From a bacterium (lineage in GTDB: Bacteria; UBP7; UBA6624; JBBIMK01), in assembly GCA_037444445.1 (NCBI GenBank), contig JBBIMK010000031.1:1-19691 (forward strand): 19,691 nucleotides of DNA, in the 5' to 3' direction. The notes below the pieces were generated by a model that ran no database searches, was not told where the DNA came from, and saw only the letters and a list, made by a program, of their open reading frames with translations. The position numbers and the translations under genes were made by a program. Positions 18,978-19,691 of this stretch are shown here, piece by piece. The number at the start of each line of letters is the position of its first letter. The stretch's first letter is position 1.

Positions 18978-18986
18978 TGGTATAAT
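18978..18986 (+). promoter_or_regulatory. Extended -10 promoter element (TGgTATAAT)
   Basis: TG at 18978-18979, TATAAT at 18981-18986, about 22 nt upstream of the ATG at 19008. GAGGA (18997-19001) is an SD 6 nt before that ATG. No good -35 element. Confidence 0.4.
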
Positions 18987-19007
18987 TATATAAGATGAGG
19001 ATTATTT

Positions 19008-19514
19008 ATGACCTTTACTTTTACTCTTGCTGACCTCGTAACGATAGTAACCCTTCTCGTGGGCGTCGTCACCCTGTGGTTTGGATTGAAGAGTCGTCTG
19101 GAACGCCTGGAGCATCGCATAGATGGAATAGCGAGTGTCTTAAAAAGCGCTAATACTGAAGTTCTTTCTCTTATCGCAACCATTATCAGAATCTTCCAAC
19201 GCCGAAAATTAATTGATGAGCAGGATATCGGCACAATCTTGGCCTGCTACACTCAGATAGCAAGTAGGTCAATTGATACGCTTTTGACCCGAGAGTCCCA
19301 GAAAGGAAATCCCTTGAGTCAGGAGGAAGTCAATCGCCTGAGAGGTTATATGGACAAAATGGGTCAAGGAATTTGGCTCACCCGCGAGGAATTGGATGAC
19401 TATAATCGGCTGGTGCGAAAGTTAGAACAAGAACGCCCCAATGACCCGGGTATCTGGCCTCTCATTGCATTAGGGGCTTTCCTCTTTGGGCTTTATCTGG
19501 GCAGCCAAAAGTGA
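19008..19514 (+). CDS. Hypothetical two-TM membrane protein (N- and C-terminal helices flanking a helical soluble core)
   Basis: 168 aa. ATG with GAGGA SD. TM1 LADLVTIVTLLVGVVTLWFGL followed by KSRLERLEHR. TM2 IWPLIALGAFLFGLYLG at the C-terminus. No family recognised. Lies in a visibly A+T-richer segment. Confidence 0.65.
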   Translation: MTFTFTLADLVTIVTLLVGVVTLWFGLKSRLERLEHRIDGIASVLKSANTEVLSLIATIIRIFQRRKLIDEQDIGTILACYTQIASRSIDTLLTRESQKGNPLSQEEVNRLRGYMDKMGQGIWLTREELDDYNRLVRKLEQERPNDPGIWPLIALGAFLFGLYLGSQK

Positions 19515-19527
19515 AGGTGATGCGAAG

Positions 19528-19691
19528 ATGTCAACAGGCTTAAAGCATTTCTGGAATTATCGCCAGAGGAATCTTACCCCGGGGGCGAATGTGGGTAATA
19601 TCTCCCTCTTTTATAACACCGGCAGCGGAAATCTCCTCACCCGCATCACCGACCCGGATTCTAATTATATTGATTTCGTATATAATGCTGT
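19528..19691 (+). CDS. 5' end of a YD/RHS-repeat-like protein (truncated by the window edge)
   Basis: ATG 19528 preceded by GAAGGTGAT, with the SD core 7 nt upstream. Translation: MSTGLKHFWNYRQRNLTPGANVGNISLFYNTGSGNLLTRITDPDSNYIDFVYNA. It fits one YD-repeat unit (Y-x-x-x-G-x-L-x4-D-x-x-x-x-x-x-x-F-x-Y-[DN]). Open to the end of the window. Too short to appear in the ORF track. Confidence 0.5.
   Translation, partial: MSTGLKHFWNYRQRNLTPGANVGNISLFYNTGSGNLLTRITDPDSNYIDFVYNA

Overview
Dense bacterial chromosomal segment. It is coding on the minus strand from 113 to 18046, then switches to the plus strand. Calls rest on motifs read from the translations and on start, stop and Shine-Dalgarno (SD) context read from the DNA; no database search was possible.

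(1) Respiratory nitrate reductase operon, eight tightly packed cistrons: Rrf2-family regulator, monoheme membrane-anchored cytochrome c, narG, narH, narJ, narI, narK (9052 down to 113). Junctions are 4-14 nt overlaps or 4-16 nt gaps. The c-type cytochrome stop overlaps the narG start (ATGA). This gene order recalls Thermus narCGHJIK and the cytochrome c-linked nxr clusters of Nitrobacter.

(2) A 238-bp structured intergenic region (9053-9290).

(3) A Cu(I) P1B-type ATPase with an unusual N-terminus: one extra TM helix, a CupA-like cupredoxin domain (C...CxMxM), then a classical CxxC HMA domain.

(4) Housekeeping genes: pyrG, a HAD-IIA phosphatase and a TalC/Fsa-type transaldolase.

(5) A translationally coupled GT2-GT4-Nudix module.

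(6) Plus-strand region:
- a near-consensus sigma70 promoter, a 4-codon mini-ORF and a C-rich tract;
- an orphan trigger-factor N-domain-like ORF with an intact GFRxGxxP motif;
- a visibly A+T-richer segment from about 18930 encoding a two-TM protein and the 5' end of a YD/RHS-repeat-like ORF that runs off the window.

I saw no rRNA, tRNA, CRISPR array, transposase or integrase. Nothing here is a clearly novel system. The best leads are the cytochrome c/Rrf2-equipped nar operon, the CopA fusion, the orphan TF-N domain and the right-edge island.
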